From Massalongia carnosa (lineage: Eukaryota), in the NCBI GenBank assembly GCA_965645245.1, contig OZ287081.1, positions 1,426,001 through 1,490,000 of the forward strand: a stretch of DNA of 64,000 nucleotides. The letters run 5' to 3'. The position numbers were made by a program, and so were the translations under genes. Shown piece by piece: positions 26,983 to 40,515 of the stretch (the stretch's first letter is position 1; each line of letters begins with the position of its first letter). The notes below the pieces were generated by a model. It made no database searches. It worked only from the letters and a program-made list of their open reading frames with translations, and was not told where the DNA came from.

Positions 26983-28837
26983 TCAAAAGCGTTTCAGCAG
27001 CCTCATTCGGAGGCCCGACTGTTGATGGAAGAAACGGTTTTCCGTCTTCCATTCCCTCGCTGGATCCTCGAGCTCCAGATGATAATCCCTCAGAACTTGG
27101 GGGAGAAACTTGTGGATCTCGACCAGAGAAATCTACCAGGTCATGTTAGCAAATGCAGCTTCGATGCACCACGAGAGGACGTACGTTCTTGCCGATACAG
27201 TTCCGTTTGCCAGCGCCAAAGTGGAACATGTATCGGTCCATATTCGCTGCATCTTCCCGAAACCAGCGGTCTGGATTAAAAATGGCGGCATCGGGTCCAA
27301 ATATATCTCTGTCTTGGTGTATTGTCGCAGCGCTTATTCCTACCGTGTAGCCTTCTGGAATGAATCTACCGGTGATTTCCCTACCTCCCGCAGGGACATG
27401 GCGCGGTAACGGGAAACTGATGCTCGGATGGACTCGCATACCTTCTTTACAACACGCAACAAGATATGGCAGCTTCATAGCCTCGGTATACCGCACGTTA
27501 GGACGGCTCAGACAGCCTTCTTGATCGGCCGCATCGATTTCCTCAACAAGTGTTCGGTAAATGGTCGGATTCTTCAAAACATGATATATGATAGAACGTA
27601 TTGCTATGGCCGTTGTGTCGCTTCCGACTGCACTATGATTGTGAGAAATCAACTTATATGTTTCAGCCTATTTGAAAGAGGGAGGGGGCAGTACAATGCT
27701 ATGAAAGCCTCCATATAGACATCTTCAAGGATGAAGTTAACCTTTTCACCTCTCTCATTGTGTATTGCCAACACTTTTGCCAGATGATCCTGACGTCTGG
27801 AACTCCCCTCTCGAAGATGGTGTTGTCGTTCCGTAACGCAGTCTATCGCCAGCTTCTCCAATCTCCCAAGGGCTGCGAAAGCCTTTCGAGTAGATGGGAG
27901 AATTAAGCCTGTTAACATAAGAGGGCCTTGAGCATAAGACGGCAAAAACGCAGCCCAGGAGACGGTGGCCACAAAAAGATGCTGAGACTCGATATAACCT
28001 CCATAATCTCCTTCTTCTTTCATGAAACCAAACTGCTTTCCCAAATATAGCTCTCCAATAATATCGAATAAGTACCTATGAATGTCAGGGGGACCAAGTG
28101 AAAACTCAGGATCGTCCTTACAGCTGTACCCATACCCCAAAATCGACCACTTCCCCTCTCTGTGCCAACTTTCGCAGCTTTTGACCAAATAGATCGGTGC
28201 ACAAATCAATGTACTTCTCCTGCTCCAGGATACTTGCCATTGAATAGAGGTGACTGACAATTTTCCGACGCTGATCATGTAATTCGCCATCTAGGACAGA
28301 GAACATGTTGCCATTTGGTGCTGAACCGTCTGAGTTAATCTTCAATGGATCGCCAAAACAACACTTACACAGCTTAGTACTTAAGTGGATATAAAATTCG
28401 GTCTACATCAATAAGCTCAATTTTACATTCCGGCAACACGGAAAGAAAATTCAGCGACCTTAGGGAAATCGACTTTTGATCCATAGATCAACCTTATCGC
28501 TTTCGGGTCCGAAGTGATCACTTCGTTTGGAGCAATCCTAACCAGCGGGCCTGGGTGTTGTCAGGAGCTTTCGTCTCCACGCTATTGAACAGGCTTAGGA
28601 CGACCAACCGAGTCTTCGGTGCAAGTTTAAAAGGACTTGGTCAAGATGCCCATCATGTGCTTTCTTCATGAGCCAAAGTCTAGTGATCGACGCCCAGAAC
28701 GGGCCAGGAATGCCGCTGAGAGGATGGAAGTACCGCGCGTATACCACCCACGATGTGAGATAAAGGGACAGCAAGGCAATGCACACTTTAACAGTAGATC
28801 CCAGACTCGGCAGGGCTTGGAGGTGCAAAACGGCCAT
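26983..28837 (-). CDS. Cytochrome P450 (pisatin demethylase-like group), apparently intact, 7 exons
   Basis: N-terminal anchor plus HPLSGIPGP, GPLVRIAPNEV, I-helix AVGSDTTA, K-helix KEGMR, PDRW and heme motif FGAGKRNCIG. All introns are GT-AG and restore frame. Confidence 0.92.
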
Positions 28838-30093
28838 GATGACGGAATCAACACGACAGCTCTATTAAGCTGGCGACACACGTCCCGATCTTGAAGATTG
28901 TATATATTGACTGCAACTTTTAATCGGAACTCTGGATACTTAGGATATACTCTGTATATATGTCCCGAAGACGTTGGTGGGGTCCATGTCGGAATTCGTC
29001 TAAACCTCGTGACCTGCTCTGTAGAGGACTCGAACGGGGAAGAGGTAACTGCCGTGCTACCTCCGGCTTTCGCTTGATACGGTCGTTATGTACGCGACAT
29101 TTGGTCCGTGCCCCCCATATTTCGAAAAACAGTCACAGAACATCAACAAAACACAGATATTTTCATCATTTCTACCATTTTGTTACTCTACCTTCTCTGT
29201 CTTTACATTGATTTATACGAGAAGGCATTATAGTCATTAAATTGTCAATTTTCTCCTGTTTTACCTTGTTCCATTCGTGCTGAACGACCTTCTTCATGTC
29301 ATTCAGAGTGATAATGATACAAGCTACGTTAGCGTTGGTCGCCCAAGATAACCCTATTTCGACCGATCGCTCGATCTAGGACACGAAATCCTTATCGTCA
29401 ACGAATCCGAACCGGTTTTTTTTTTGGATCTAATTGTACGAGGCAAACAAAATCAATATCAATTACTCAATCAACAATCCCATCTTCTTCACTTCTGACT
29501 AATTAATAGATCCCTGATAGCATTACTACCCTTCATCTATTTAGTTGTCTAAATATCCGATGTAGAACCCTACGACTGTTTTTCCAAGCTGCCTGCTTAT
29601 ACACAAGCTTGCGGTTTACTCTTTACGTCTCGCAATCATACATGAATGTATATAGTTACATGCTCACCTTTAACTGCTTCCTATCGATTGCCTTTTCATC
29701 TCCTAGGAAGTTGGAAATCCGTCTCCCTCCCATGAACGTCTTTCCCACCCCCCTCCCCCCCAAAACCAATATTCCTAGGAAACTTGTGATGATTGGCGAA
29801 AATATTACAGTAGATAGGTGGCATAGAAAGCAAGAGAAGAGAGAGGGCTAGATGGCTTGGAATGGTATTTAGGAGATGTTGGTATTGGGTGAGAGCTGTT
29901 TGGATATGTTCACTGTGCTTATGCGATTCGAGGGAAGTGCTGAAGCTTCTTGCAGCGGGCTGTCTATTCTGTCTTGCACGCAGTCCGCATTACAAATAGT
30001 GACTTCCATCACTCCGCTCCCATTCCCCTTCCTACACCGGAACTCAATCCCCTCTCAGAGGGGAGTGATCCCACGGCAGCCGAAACCCACGCC

Positions 30094-33000
30094 TCAAAAA
30101 TCCTCCTGGAGCGCGCGATCGCTGACCATCTACCCGATATGGGTTGGCAGGAAATCCTGACCTCAGCGCCGGATTCCCATTCACTGCTTGATGAAAAATA
30201 GGGTTTTCCCCGTCGTAGCGTGCACCGCGGGCTCAAGTTCCCTGCATAGCTTGCGATAATCCTTGTAGCTGTTGAGATAGAGCTGGCCGGCAAACAGATG
30301 CAGCTCCTGGCGCAAAGAGCCGGCTAGGGTCTGCCATTGTTGGACGTAGACGCTCGCGGGATCGCGGGGGCTGAAATCGACAGAAGTTGAGGATTTGGTG
30401 ACGTGGGCTTGATAGCTGAGTAGCCTGACGTTCGATGAGTTGCCGTTGATCCTGTCCATGAACTGGTCGGCTTCGAATTGAGATATGACAAGTAGGAAGG
30501 TTGGCTGTTTTTCAAGTTTGCTGATGAGGACCCAGTTAACTGGGCGTAAATAGCTATCGTATTTACCAGACCGCGGGATTTTAACGGTTCTTCGGAAAGC
30601 TCGCGTGATCCTTACATAAGGCCAAGGACTAAAACCTACCAGCTGATCAACTGAAGTGGTTCGAGCTGCGCAGTCGTAAGCTAGAGCGAAGCGCTCGAAT
30701 TCCTTGACTTGGCCTTCGTCCATGAATTTGATTAGTTCTAGATCCACTCAAGGCTTGACTGGCACAGCTTGAGGATGACGTTCGATCTGAGATTCGCGTT
30801 CTATTTTTTGCGCTACTTCTCGCTCGTGTTCTTCCTGTTAAAAGGCACTTTGACACACGGGAATATCTAAACTATCCCAGATCTCTAAAAGATCCTGTAC
30901 GTCCTGGCTCGGATCATCCCGAAGTTGCTCAACCAGGCCAGGAATAAGACGCTTTCTCATAGAGGCTGGGGCATACAGATCGTAGAGACTTTGCTCCTCC
31001 TTCTCCTTAAAAGCAGCTGTTGATGCACAGTTAGGAATATAGTCAAAATAGTCCTCGATGAGCTCATCGATTGAAGAGTAAGTTTGAAAGAATCGATGGG
31101 GGGTTTTTGTCGTTAGTGAAAACCTAGTCCTTGCATGACTCTCAATGCCTGACATCTTTCAATATTCAAGTAGCTTTGCTCAAGACTCCACGCAATCACA
31201 TCTAATCCATTGAGCTCATGCTCTAATTTCCCTGTTATGTCGATAATTCTTTGGTTAACTTCTGGTGGAGCCAGGAACATTAATGACTGGCCGTGGACAA
31301 GTTTACGAAGTCTCATCCATGCTACATGCTAGTTAGCAAAGCTTTGAGAGTACTTGTTTCTTCCGTACCTTGTACAAGCCGATCTTTTGTAAGGCGCGGC
31401 CCTAGGGTTACAGCTGCACGTGCATTGCCTGGTAAGATGAGGTTAGTCCCTCTGGTATGCACTTCATCTAGATAAATCACACAACGATCCATCATGGCTC
31501 GATACAAGGAAGTAGCCAAGGGCTCTTGTTTCTGATCTCTTGTTAAGACAATCAAGTTATCATCTTCATCGAGGGACATGCCAGCATCAACGTCGGTAAC
31601 CAAATTCGTCCAGTTGTACACAATATCTTTATTCTGTGCATCAAGAATGTGAGCTCCGACATCGATCAGAACTCGAATTTTACAGTCCATCTACATCACA
31701 AAGCGAAGCAGCTTTTCTGATGATAGTTGATGACTAGTGCCATATTTTGCGCACTTGTACAAGAGATTCTCCTTTTGCAGAATATAACTTAGAACTTTTC
31801 CACTGGTATGCTGAAGTTCTGGAAGATCCTGCTGGGAAATTGAAGTGGGAAGTAAAATATATTATCATTTGTCTTACTGAATCTTGTTGTTCATCTTCCA
31901 GATTCACCGAGCTCCAGCTGCAAAGGTTTTGTGGCTAAGACTCACAGCCATCTATCCAGCACATGTATTGCAGCATAGGGTCGTCCAGGTTCTGTAATAT
32001 CTTAAAGCATTTACGAACACTTACCGTTGGAGAGCCCGGTGTAGTAACAAGCCAAACAGGTCAGTGCAATAGCCATGTCTGGATGACCAAACTCGGCGCT
32101 AGAAGCTGGACTCCTTTGACCTGATAGAGTACACTCATGAGACATCGAGTTGGATGCAAGCCATAGTTGACTGACCATCGTTTACTATGGAGAATGAACA
32201 GAATAATCCGGTGAGCAATTCAACCTCTTAGAGCAGAAGCTTCTGCACGAATGATTCTTGATCCTTGCAGTAGCGCAGGACGATATTGCTATCCTCATCT
32301 GAGAGGTCTAAGCTCTGAATGAAACTAAGTATTACTTTTTTAATGGCATCTAGACAACTTTCGATATTGAGAGTTGGTAAGCGACTCTCACCGATATCTT
32401 TGGTAATCATAGACATCAGAAGGTTTCCGCTTCCAGCAAAGAGAAAGCGCAGGGTAGGAAAACTTGGCAAACAAAATCTAGGAGATTTTTTTGCATAGAT
32501 TCAAACTTTTCTGTCTTTGCTTTCCGCTCTTCTTTCATTTGTGCCATCATCACGGATGCCGTAGCTGTTATCTTAGTTCTTAGCGATTGGTGTTTTTCCG
32601 GAGTTAAATAAAATTGAGCAGCGAAACATAATGGATGAGGATCAGAAAGATTGAAGGATTCTTTATATCCGCCTGAGCATGCCGTTCTCGGATATAATCC
32701 TCAACATGGGCCAATCGCTTCAGCTGATCCTGCTTGGATAGCAAGAGAGGGGAAAAAGAAATCAATAGGAATCTTTGGAGAATAAGGCTTGAATTAAGGA
32801 AGCAGTGTCGTCGCAAGGAGATTCATAGCGCGCCATAGTTCAGCGAGAATTAAAATCATAATAGAAAACTGCTCAGGAGAGTCTGCGTAAGTCACATTTG
32901 CATGCTGCTCATAGCTCGAGGCTACATTTGATACCGCTGCACAGGCAAGCTCACTCGGAGACTTCATCGCCTCTGTCATCCAACATCCGAGATTGCTGGA

Positions 33001-34333
33001 GATCCAAACCTCAAATTCAAACAAAGCAAGCATATTATCCCCTTTTACCAGGCTAAAGAACTCGGAGTGGGCAGCCCGCAGTATAGCTCGGATATGCATG
33101 GCCTAGATCGAGGGATATAAGAAGATGGATTTTGTAGCCTACTACCCTCGCCTCTGATAACTGAGTCTAGATAGCGTTTGTTATCGTCAAGATGGAACGC
33201 TATATCACGCTCAAGATCGCGAGCCTCGACAGCAGAAAATCGAACCTTGTCGTCCATTTGAACTTGAAGCCAGAATTTTTCCTACTTGTCCCTGGTCGAC
33301 TGACTCACTAGCAATGTCCTACCTTCGATGAAAGTGAGCGCTTTCGATCTGATTTTGTAAAGATGGCGTGCAATTTTTGTATTTATAGCGATGCAAAGAT
33401 CACCCGGGAGTCCCGCACGAGACGCTCTAGCCGCAATTTCGGCCATGAGATAGATCATGAAGTTCTTGTATTCGTTGATAGCTTGTTCACTAGACATAAT
33501 ATTTCCCAAGGTAGTCTGGCATGCTACTCGAAGAGCAAGCCACAACGAAGAGCGCCTCCAAGGAGAACCTGACTGAGCCCACACGACATCATCTCTGGCT
33601 CGCTTTATTATTTGGTGTAATTTCGTAGGTTCTCCCAGGGAAGCCAAGATGGCCATTAGCATCTCCATAACAAGCCCGGGGTAAAGCGACGTCTCCAAGC
33701 GAAACTCTATATGAACCTGATTCTTTCATTTGAAAAATCATCTCTTGAACAACTTCAGTATCTAGCTTTTCTAACTTTGACGCCAGTTCGATCTGAAACT
33801 TGGCGTCTTTAAATATGGCGTGAGGGATGCCAACTGCAGTTTCAGGGAATGAGCGAACCAGGCCTCCGTGGCGGGTCAAAACTACCTCCAGACGCGGTGT
33901 AAGCTCAAAATATTCAAAGGTAAAACTGACCGGGCTACTCCTCAATATAAGACCTACATTTTGTGCCCTGACAAGCAACAAAATTACATCCAAGTACCAA
34001 ATGATCTCGTATTAGTGGGCAAAATACCTTTTCAACGAACTTAATAACTCACCTTCAACCTTCAAATCACAGAAGATTTTCTCCAAAGAACCTTTCTGAA
34101 GACTTCGGGATGAACTTATTGTGACCCACATCTGAAGCATTCTTCTGACGATGCGCCATTTTTGTTGAATCTCGCTAGGAACCTGGCTCATATAAACTTG
34201 CAATTGATACACAGCTATATGAAAAAGATCTCGCTCAGCTTTGTAGGTGACCCGAGAGGCCCTCGGCTTCGTCAGGCAAGCTTGGTGGCAGGATGATGTA
34301 CTCAAGTGATGCTTGCGAGCATATAAAATCCAT
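30094..34333 (-). pseudogene. Decayed giant DUF6606/DUF3638/DUF3645-type fungal gene
   Basis: Collinear fragments EYIILPPSLP, LLVRAQNVGLI, KRARDDVVW..PWRRSSLWL.LRV, VLIDVGAHILD, YLDEVHTRGTNL..RAAVTLGPRLTKDRLVQ, MRLRKL..GQSL.F.APPEV, LHLFAGQLY and RR*GQDFLPTHIG. Many frameshifts and stops; much shorter than the usual ~3000 codons. Confidence 0.85.
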
Positions 34334-35269
34334 GACCACGATTTTCTCAGCCAAGTTGAACTGGATGAATTTCCAACTTAATGAAAGGTGGTATAAAGTA
34401 TAGGTTAATACTGGAATCAAAACTGAGACTTTAAGGATAAGTTTGTAAATATGCTAGCTGAGTGCCGAGAACGCAATTAGTACCGAGTCCGGAAACTGTT
34501 GGCTCCATAATAACAGTTCTTTCTGACTCCATTAACATACATCGAGATTAGCAACAAGAATCATTGACATGGATGAGTAGAGAGTACTTCTTTCCATCTG
34601 ACAAGTCCAGCTCCAAAGGATTGGGCTTGAAGTCTGCGCTTCATTATAAATTTTATGTTTATAGGTTTCCTAAGTGTCCTTCCATCTCAAACATAACCAA
34701 GTTTCTACTGTACGCACACCTGCCTATAGCCGTTCGATGATGGGCGAAACCTGACCCGGACTAAAGTTGTGTCCTGGTACCTCTGCTCCATCCGAGATGA
34801 TGGTCCGCGGCCTTGCTGTGGGTTTCCCAACTTGATAGCATGACCTTTGGCTTCAAGATGAGGATATTGGGCCATAAACGCAAATCATAGATAGCTTGTC
34901 AGCATTACTTACCCCTTATATCAGTGGTAACCGCTCATGAGACCAGCAAGCTAATAATGAGTACCGAGCAGTGAAGCTTAGCAAGTTTCCGAGATGAGGT
35001 GTCAGCGTCCCACATTAACAGTGATACAGCCCTTTTGCACCAACGGATAAATTAACCCGTGGCCAACTTGCCTAAGTAGAGAAGTCCATAGCAAGACAGG
35101 ATATAGATGTACCCATTCTAGTCCTTGATAACCACAAGCTTTTGGATTAGCAGGGTTCAATGAGCTCAAATAAACCAGAGTTCCGACTGAGGCACTTCGT
35201 CCAAAAAAGTAACTGGCACTTTTCACAACAATTTCTGACCCTCCATATGAACCAGAACGGCTTTCTCTT

Positions 35270-35298
35270 AGCTTAGTCTCATTTAATGAGACTAAGCT
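35270..35298. repeat. Perfect inverted repeat (14-bp arms, 1-nt spacer)
   Basis: AGCTTAGTCTCATT-T-AATGAGACTAAGCT. Confidence 0.9.
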
Positions 35299-36810
35299 CA
35301 GATATGAGCTGGCCCGGGCCTGGAGCAAAAATAAGTCCGATTTCCTCGATCTCTTACTTGTATTCCATCTTGCTTTCTAAGTGCAGTACTAAGCAAAGCA
35401 GTGGATTACGTTTCCAAGAGCCTCAAAAAAGTAACTTCAACAGAACTATTAACTAGCCAGGAAACTTTGATGTATTCTTACGACGAAACACCCCGAAGGT
35501 GAACGCGCGACAGCAAACGATCCCATTTTCGTATCGCTTTCATTTCTAACAGGCACGCCGTACGAGGATGAACAGGTTTTATGGATTTGCCATCTTTGCA
35601 AGCAAGAAGTTGCAGTCGAAGTGCCGTGTCGAGCTCGTGTAAAGCGCCTAGAACGCGTCTAACCAATCCCACCAATCAGATCCGAATAGTTTACTTTCAA
35701 CCTCCCTTTTTGGTAGCTTGGCTTCAGAGGAATGCTGTAAAGAACAAGAAAGATCAATAGCTGGGAAACTCATGCGGTGCTCTACAAACTACTAACTGAG
35801 GTCTGACACGATGATTTCCCAAGGCAGGCCTTTGGTGGCTAATTTCGGCTTTTTGCATCCCCATTTTCTTAGTTGCAAAATTTCAAGCTAAACTCACTCG
35901 ATTCTTTCCACGCTGCATCTTCGTCACTCTCCTTCAAATTCTCTTGATCTCCAGTTTTTTCCTTTGGTGTTCTATAAAACATGACAATTGTTATCCTATG
36001 ACTAGCAATTAGTGTCATAAAATGTTAAAAATCGATATATATATCTATATTCGTTTCTCTCTTTTTATACTCCGAGCATCATACGTCAGTCAAGTCCGAT
36101 TAGTCTCACCGAAAATTTACATCCTTAACAGGGATCTTTGAACCCTTCGATCAATTTCTCAATAGGTAGCAAGGAGATTTTGTGGCATATAAAGCTTCAA
36201 CGTTACCCTAAGAAGAAGAGTCACTCTCGACCATGAATGAAATCCTACTCAATGATTTAGTACCTTAGCTCTTAACAAGGTCACTAGAATCGGAAAACTA
36301 GATACAGCCTCTCAAGCAAATCTTGGCGTATTGTATTGAGGCCAGCTCGCGTTACGGTTACATAACCACTAGCCAAGGGTTTGCGTAAGCCAAGGAGAAA
36401 AATCCTGAGGAAGACTATTTGAAGAAGTATATTCGTAGGAGGAGCAATATCATGACCAACATCTCTGATTTTTTATGGAAAAAAACCCATGCCACCCTTT
36501 CCATGAGTCTTTCCTTTATCCGAAATCCTCCCGCATTTGGCACCTTTTTGAACACCCGACCAAAAACAGAGCCTTCTCTGAATCTCTCCTTGTTGAATAT
36601 GGCAAATAGAACCTTTCCATAACTCTTTCTTTATTCTATAACGCATTCAGCACTCTTTGGCTCACAAAGCCATGGCTTCATCCCCGTGGCTCATCCACCT
36701 CGAGAGGTCCCTTCTCGCTTCCAAACCTACATGCTCGTCCCATTACCAAAATCTATCAAGTCAACCCCCCAATTTCAAGAATTCTACTAGTTCATCACCC
36801 TACCCGCCCC

Positions 36811-38166
36811 ATGGAAGGACATACACAACCCATCCTCCTTACGCAAGGCCCCCCCGAACCCATCCCCGGCATGGAAGAACCCCCCCTGGGATAGCCCCAG
36901 GGGGAAGAGCCTGCCCCTGAAGAGCCTGCGTTCCCCCTCATGCACCTCCCCTGCGAGCTGCGCCTGCACATCCTCGGATTCCTACTGCCCAATGAGCCCG
37001 TCATCAAGGTGGCCGACGGCTAGCACGAAAACTTCAAAAGCCACGGCCCCAGCTATTCATGCCACTATAGCAACCTTGTGGCCTTCCACCCAAACAACAG
37101 CGGAAACGATGAAGAATGCGACGCGGCTGTGCTGCGCGTGAACCGGCAGTTTAACCACGATTTGCGCCCCCTTGTGTGGAGGAACCGGACCTTCAAAATC
37201 GATGTGACCGAGTTCGGGTACTCCTTCTTAAAATGGCATCGCGCCCCGGATATCGGGCCTCCCGTGTTTCCCTTCCACGTCGCTGAGTACCTCGAAATCG
37301 ACGTCCACCTCGATATGGACCCGGAGCGATACACGGATGAGGGCTTCGACTTCGATGCGGAGAAGTTTTTCAACCTCCGGAACAGCATCGGCGCCGTCAC
37401 ATGGCTGATCGCCGAACGCCCCCTGAAGAATCTCAATATCAATCTCATCGAAACAGTTCGCCTTACCGCTTCCGGAATACGGCCTCACTCATGCCGCGGG
37501 CTTGCAGAATCAGACATCGAGCTCCTCTTGCAGCCCTTCCGGCTAGTGCGCAACGTGGGCAAGCTAGAGATCAACCTAGTCCTCCACCCGGACGCGCGCT
37601 TGCGAGAGGAAGACAGGGACCTAAACGAAGGTCCCCCTTTCGCCTCCGACCCAGCGGACCCATGGGTGCCCAATTTCCCCGAAGAAGCTGAGGCGGCCGT
37701 GACGGCGCTCATCGCTGGCGTGAAAGCCGCAATGACCGACCCACATTATCACGATCCGGGGGACTACGAGAGCCTGAAACGGCACACGCGGGCCTTCAAG
37801 CAGCTGTGGGGCCAGGATCTGGGATTCTGTTTCAGCGGCTGGCCCTATGGCTGGGAAACCAAGGACGACAAATACGAGGCTTGGCTGACCGAAGTGCAGG
37901 ACCCGGCTCGGCGCCTCGGGAGGAACCCATACGTTACCGCAGTTGGGGTAGAACGCGCTCCGGGGGAAGGCGAAGATCAGGTAGCAGATACGTTCGTTCC
38001 GTGGGACAGTGTCCCCGGCCAAGGGGGAGAAACGCCCGACGTCATCCGCCCGGCTTCTTCGGAAGGGGCGTTCGCTTCGTGGGACCAGCGGGCAGATCCG
38101 TGGGCAGATGCGGGTCATTTTTCTGGAGGCGAATCCGAGGACGAGGGGGAGGGGCATAGCAAATAA
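36811..38166 (+). pseudogene. F-box-like (DUF7730/2EXR-type) gene interrupted by two in-frame TAG codons; pseudogene or recoded gene
   Basis: Single frame from ATG 36811 to TAA 38166 with TAG at 36892 and 37021. FPLMHLPCELRLHILGFLL precedes the second TAG and AVLRVNRQ..LVWRNRTF follows it. Confidence 0.75.
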
Positions 38167-38774
38167 ACAACCGTATCGAGATAGATGTATTTCTTAGGGC
38201 TGGTGGTGTCAGGTTTGTTTTAGAGGGGGAGGGGAGGGGGGAGGGGGTCGCTGGCTTTTTCTTGGGGCATGCTGTGTATGTATAAAGTAGAATGACAACA
38301 TGTGTGAGATATCATGGTTCCCTGTGATGGGGATCAGCGAAGTGCATCTTAGCAAAAGAGCGGTTCTGTAAATAGTCGCTGGCTCGCAAAATCCCCCAAG
38401 CTAGGGGAACAAAGAAAGGTTAGAAAATTATTTACGTTAAAGTAAAGCATAGCTTTCAACCGTAGCATTTGCAGAAGGACATGACGACAATTTCAGATAA
38501 AATGCGAAACCCCGCATTCCTTAGCTTTCGTTAATCTGCATTATATCTTGATGCCTACGGATTACAATTACCCACAAGGGTCTGGCGGATGGGCACCAGT
38601 CTCTCCTTAAAGCGAGATACCTCATCATAAATGAGCTCGGTAGAGGAGAAAATTTATATGGAGATATGCACAACACGCGCAAACAGGGTGGGTAGAACTT
38701 AGACAAACCGATCTCATTAAGAACATCAAACATCGCCAACCCCCCCCCCCCCCCCTGGTTATAGGCTCATCAAA

Positions 38775-40515
38775 TCATAGAACCAAAACCCTTACACCTA
38801 GAACACCGTGCTTTGGCTACGGGGTAATGAATTCCTGGTAAAAATCCACATTCACCCTGTCCGTTTCCAGGAGCACAAATTCAAACCGCCGCATCAACGT
38901 CGCCAGCGTGATATATATCTGTGCATGCGCCAAAGACATACCTAAGCACATGCACGTTCCACGACCAAACGCAACCATGTATCACGATAGCTGCTTGATA
39001 CCGTCGGGGCCCTTGGGATTGCCTAGACAACGTTCGGGCTTGTACGCGTGGCTATCGGGGAAGACATCTTCGCGATGGTGCATGTGGTATGTATCCTCGG
39101 AGATTGCAGTCCCAGGCGGTATGGTCCATTCAGCGTATTGGAATGCATGGGTATGCGAGACACGAGAGGAGCGTTGGACGAGGCCGTAGCTAAGTCGAAG
39201 ACCTAGAAAGGGGTAACGAGCCGGTTAGTCAAATGGACATATTAAAGACACGTGCATGTGCAGGATGAATGGCCTAACCTTCTTTGACGCAAGTGGACAG
39301 GTAGGGCAATGCTTGGAGTTTAGCCCATGACGGTATGTTGAAGGGATCGGGAATCACATCAACCAATTGCTGGCGCAGTCGTTCGCAGATGACAGGATTG
39401 GCGAGAATATGATAGGTTGCGACAGTCAATCCCCATTTAGTTGTTTCAAACCCAGCGCCGACAGGGCCCAAAGCCTCGTTTTGCAGACGACTTACGGAAA
39501 TTTCCGCGGAAGGAAGATTTGACTCCAAAACTTCAGTGAAAACTATATGATGAGAGACCGATTTCGCTTCTTCGTTTTCGCCAGCCATGACGTCTCGGAT
39601 CTGGAATTCCATTTCCTTCACGGTCAGCCAACTACGATACCCACCCATGCCACAAATTTACCTTTTGGAAGGTAATCATCGCGTTGAGCTTCGACGAGAG
39701 CGACATTAGGAGCTTATCCGGGACATAGTTCATCATGGGCACAACCCAAGTAATGTGGCACATCCAATGTGCTGCGCGGACCATCTCATTAACCGCCAAA
39801 GTAAACGGCGACTCCCAATGCTCCGTGTTGACGAGATCATCCGATCGCGCAAATGCAAGATTGCTGACGACGTCACCGGACAAGCATCCATAAACATCAT
39901 TCAGAACGAGCGCTTTCCCTTGGCCAGCGTATTCCTTAATGAAGCGGACGGAGATGGCGTTGACAAGACGTTGTATGAATGGTGCATAACTTTGGATCTT
40001 ACCCATGGTAAGCAAAGGAGCTATTGCTGCACAGCGTGATTTATGAAGTTCCACTCTCAGGGGTCGAATACATAGCTTTAGGCATGTTGAGCCGATTCTG
40101 AAAATACTTCAACTTATCGTATGGGGCTAATGAAGTATATATAGTTTCGTAGTATTCTGGATCGTCGATATAGACCTCAAAAGGATTAATTCGAACGATC
40201 GGACCTGGTTCTTGTCAGAGAAATAGATATGTCAAAGATGAAAAGCGCAACAAGTATACCATACCGCTCATGCATTTCCTTGATCTTATGGGTGAATTTG
40301 CCACCTCCCCCCGATATTAGATCATAATACATCTCATAATATTGGGTTAGAGCTGCTAGTTTTGGCCCTGGAAATTTGGCAAGGGGGCTGAGGCACAAAC
40401 GATAAAAGGCAATGGTAACTCCATATGTAAACGATGCTATGCAGAGAAGTGCGAGACATTGCAGGAAGCTCAAGTTGAAAATCAATCTCTCTAGAACTAC
40501 ATTGATGATGGTCAT
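38775..40515 (-). pseudogene. Cytochrome P450 pseudogene (trichodiene oxygenase/CYP58-like)
   Basis: Motifs SPLAKFPGPKLAALT..YE.YYD, GPIVRINPFEV, VGAGFETT, KEGLR and FGRGTCMCLG. +1 frameshift near 40052; premature TGA at 38982-38984 and TAG at 38817-38819. Confidence 0.88.
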
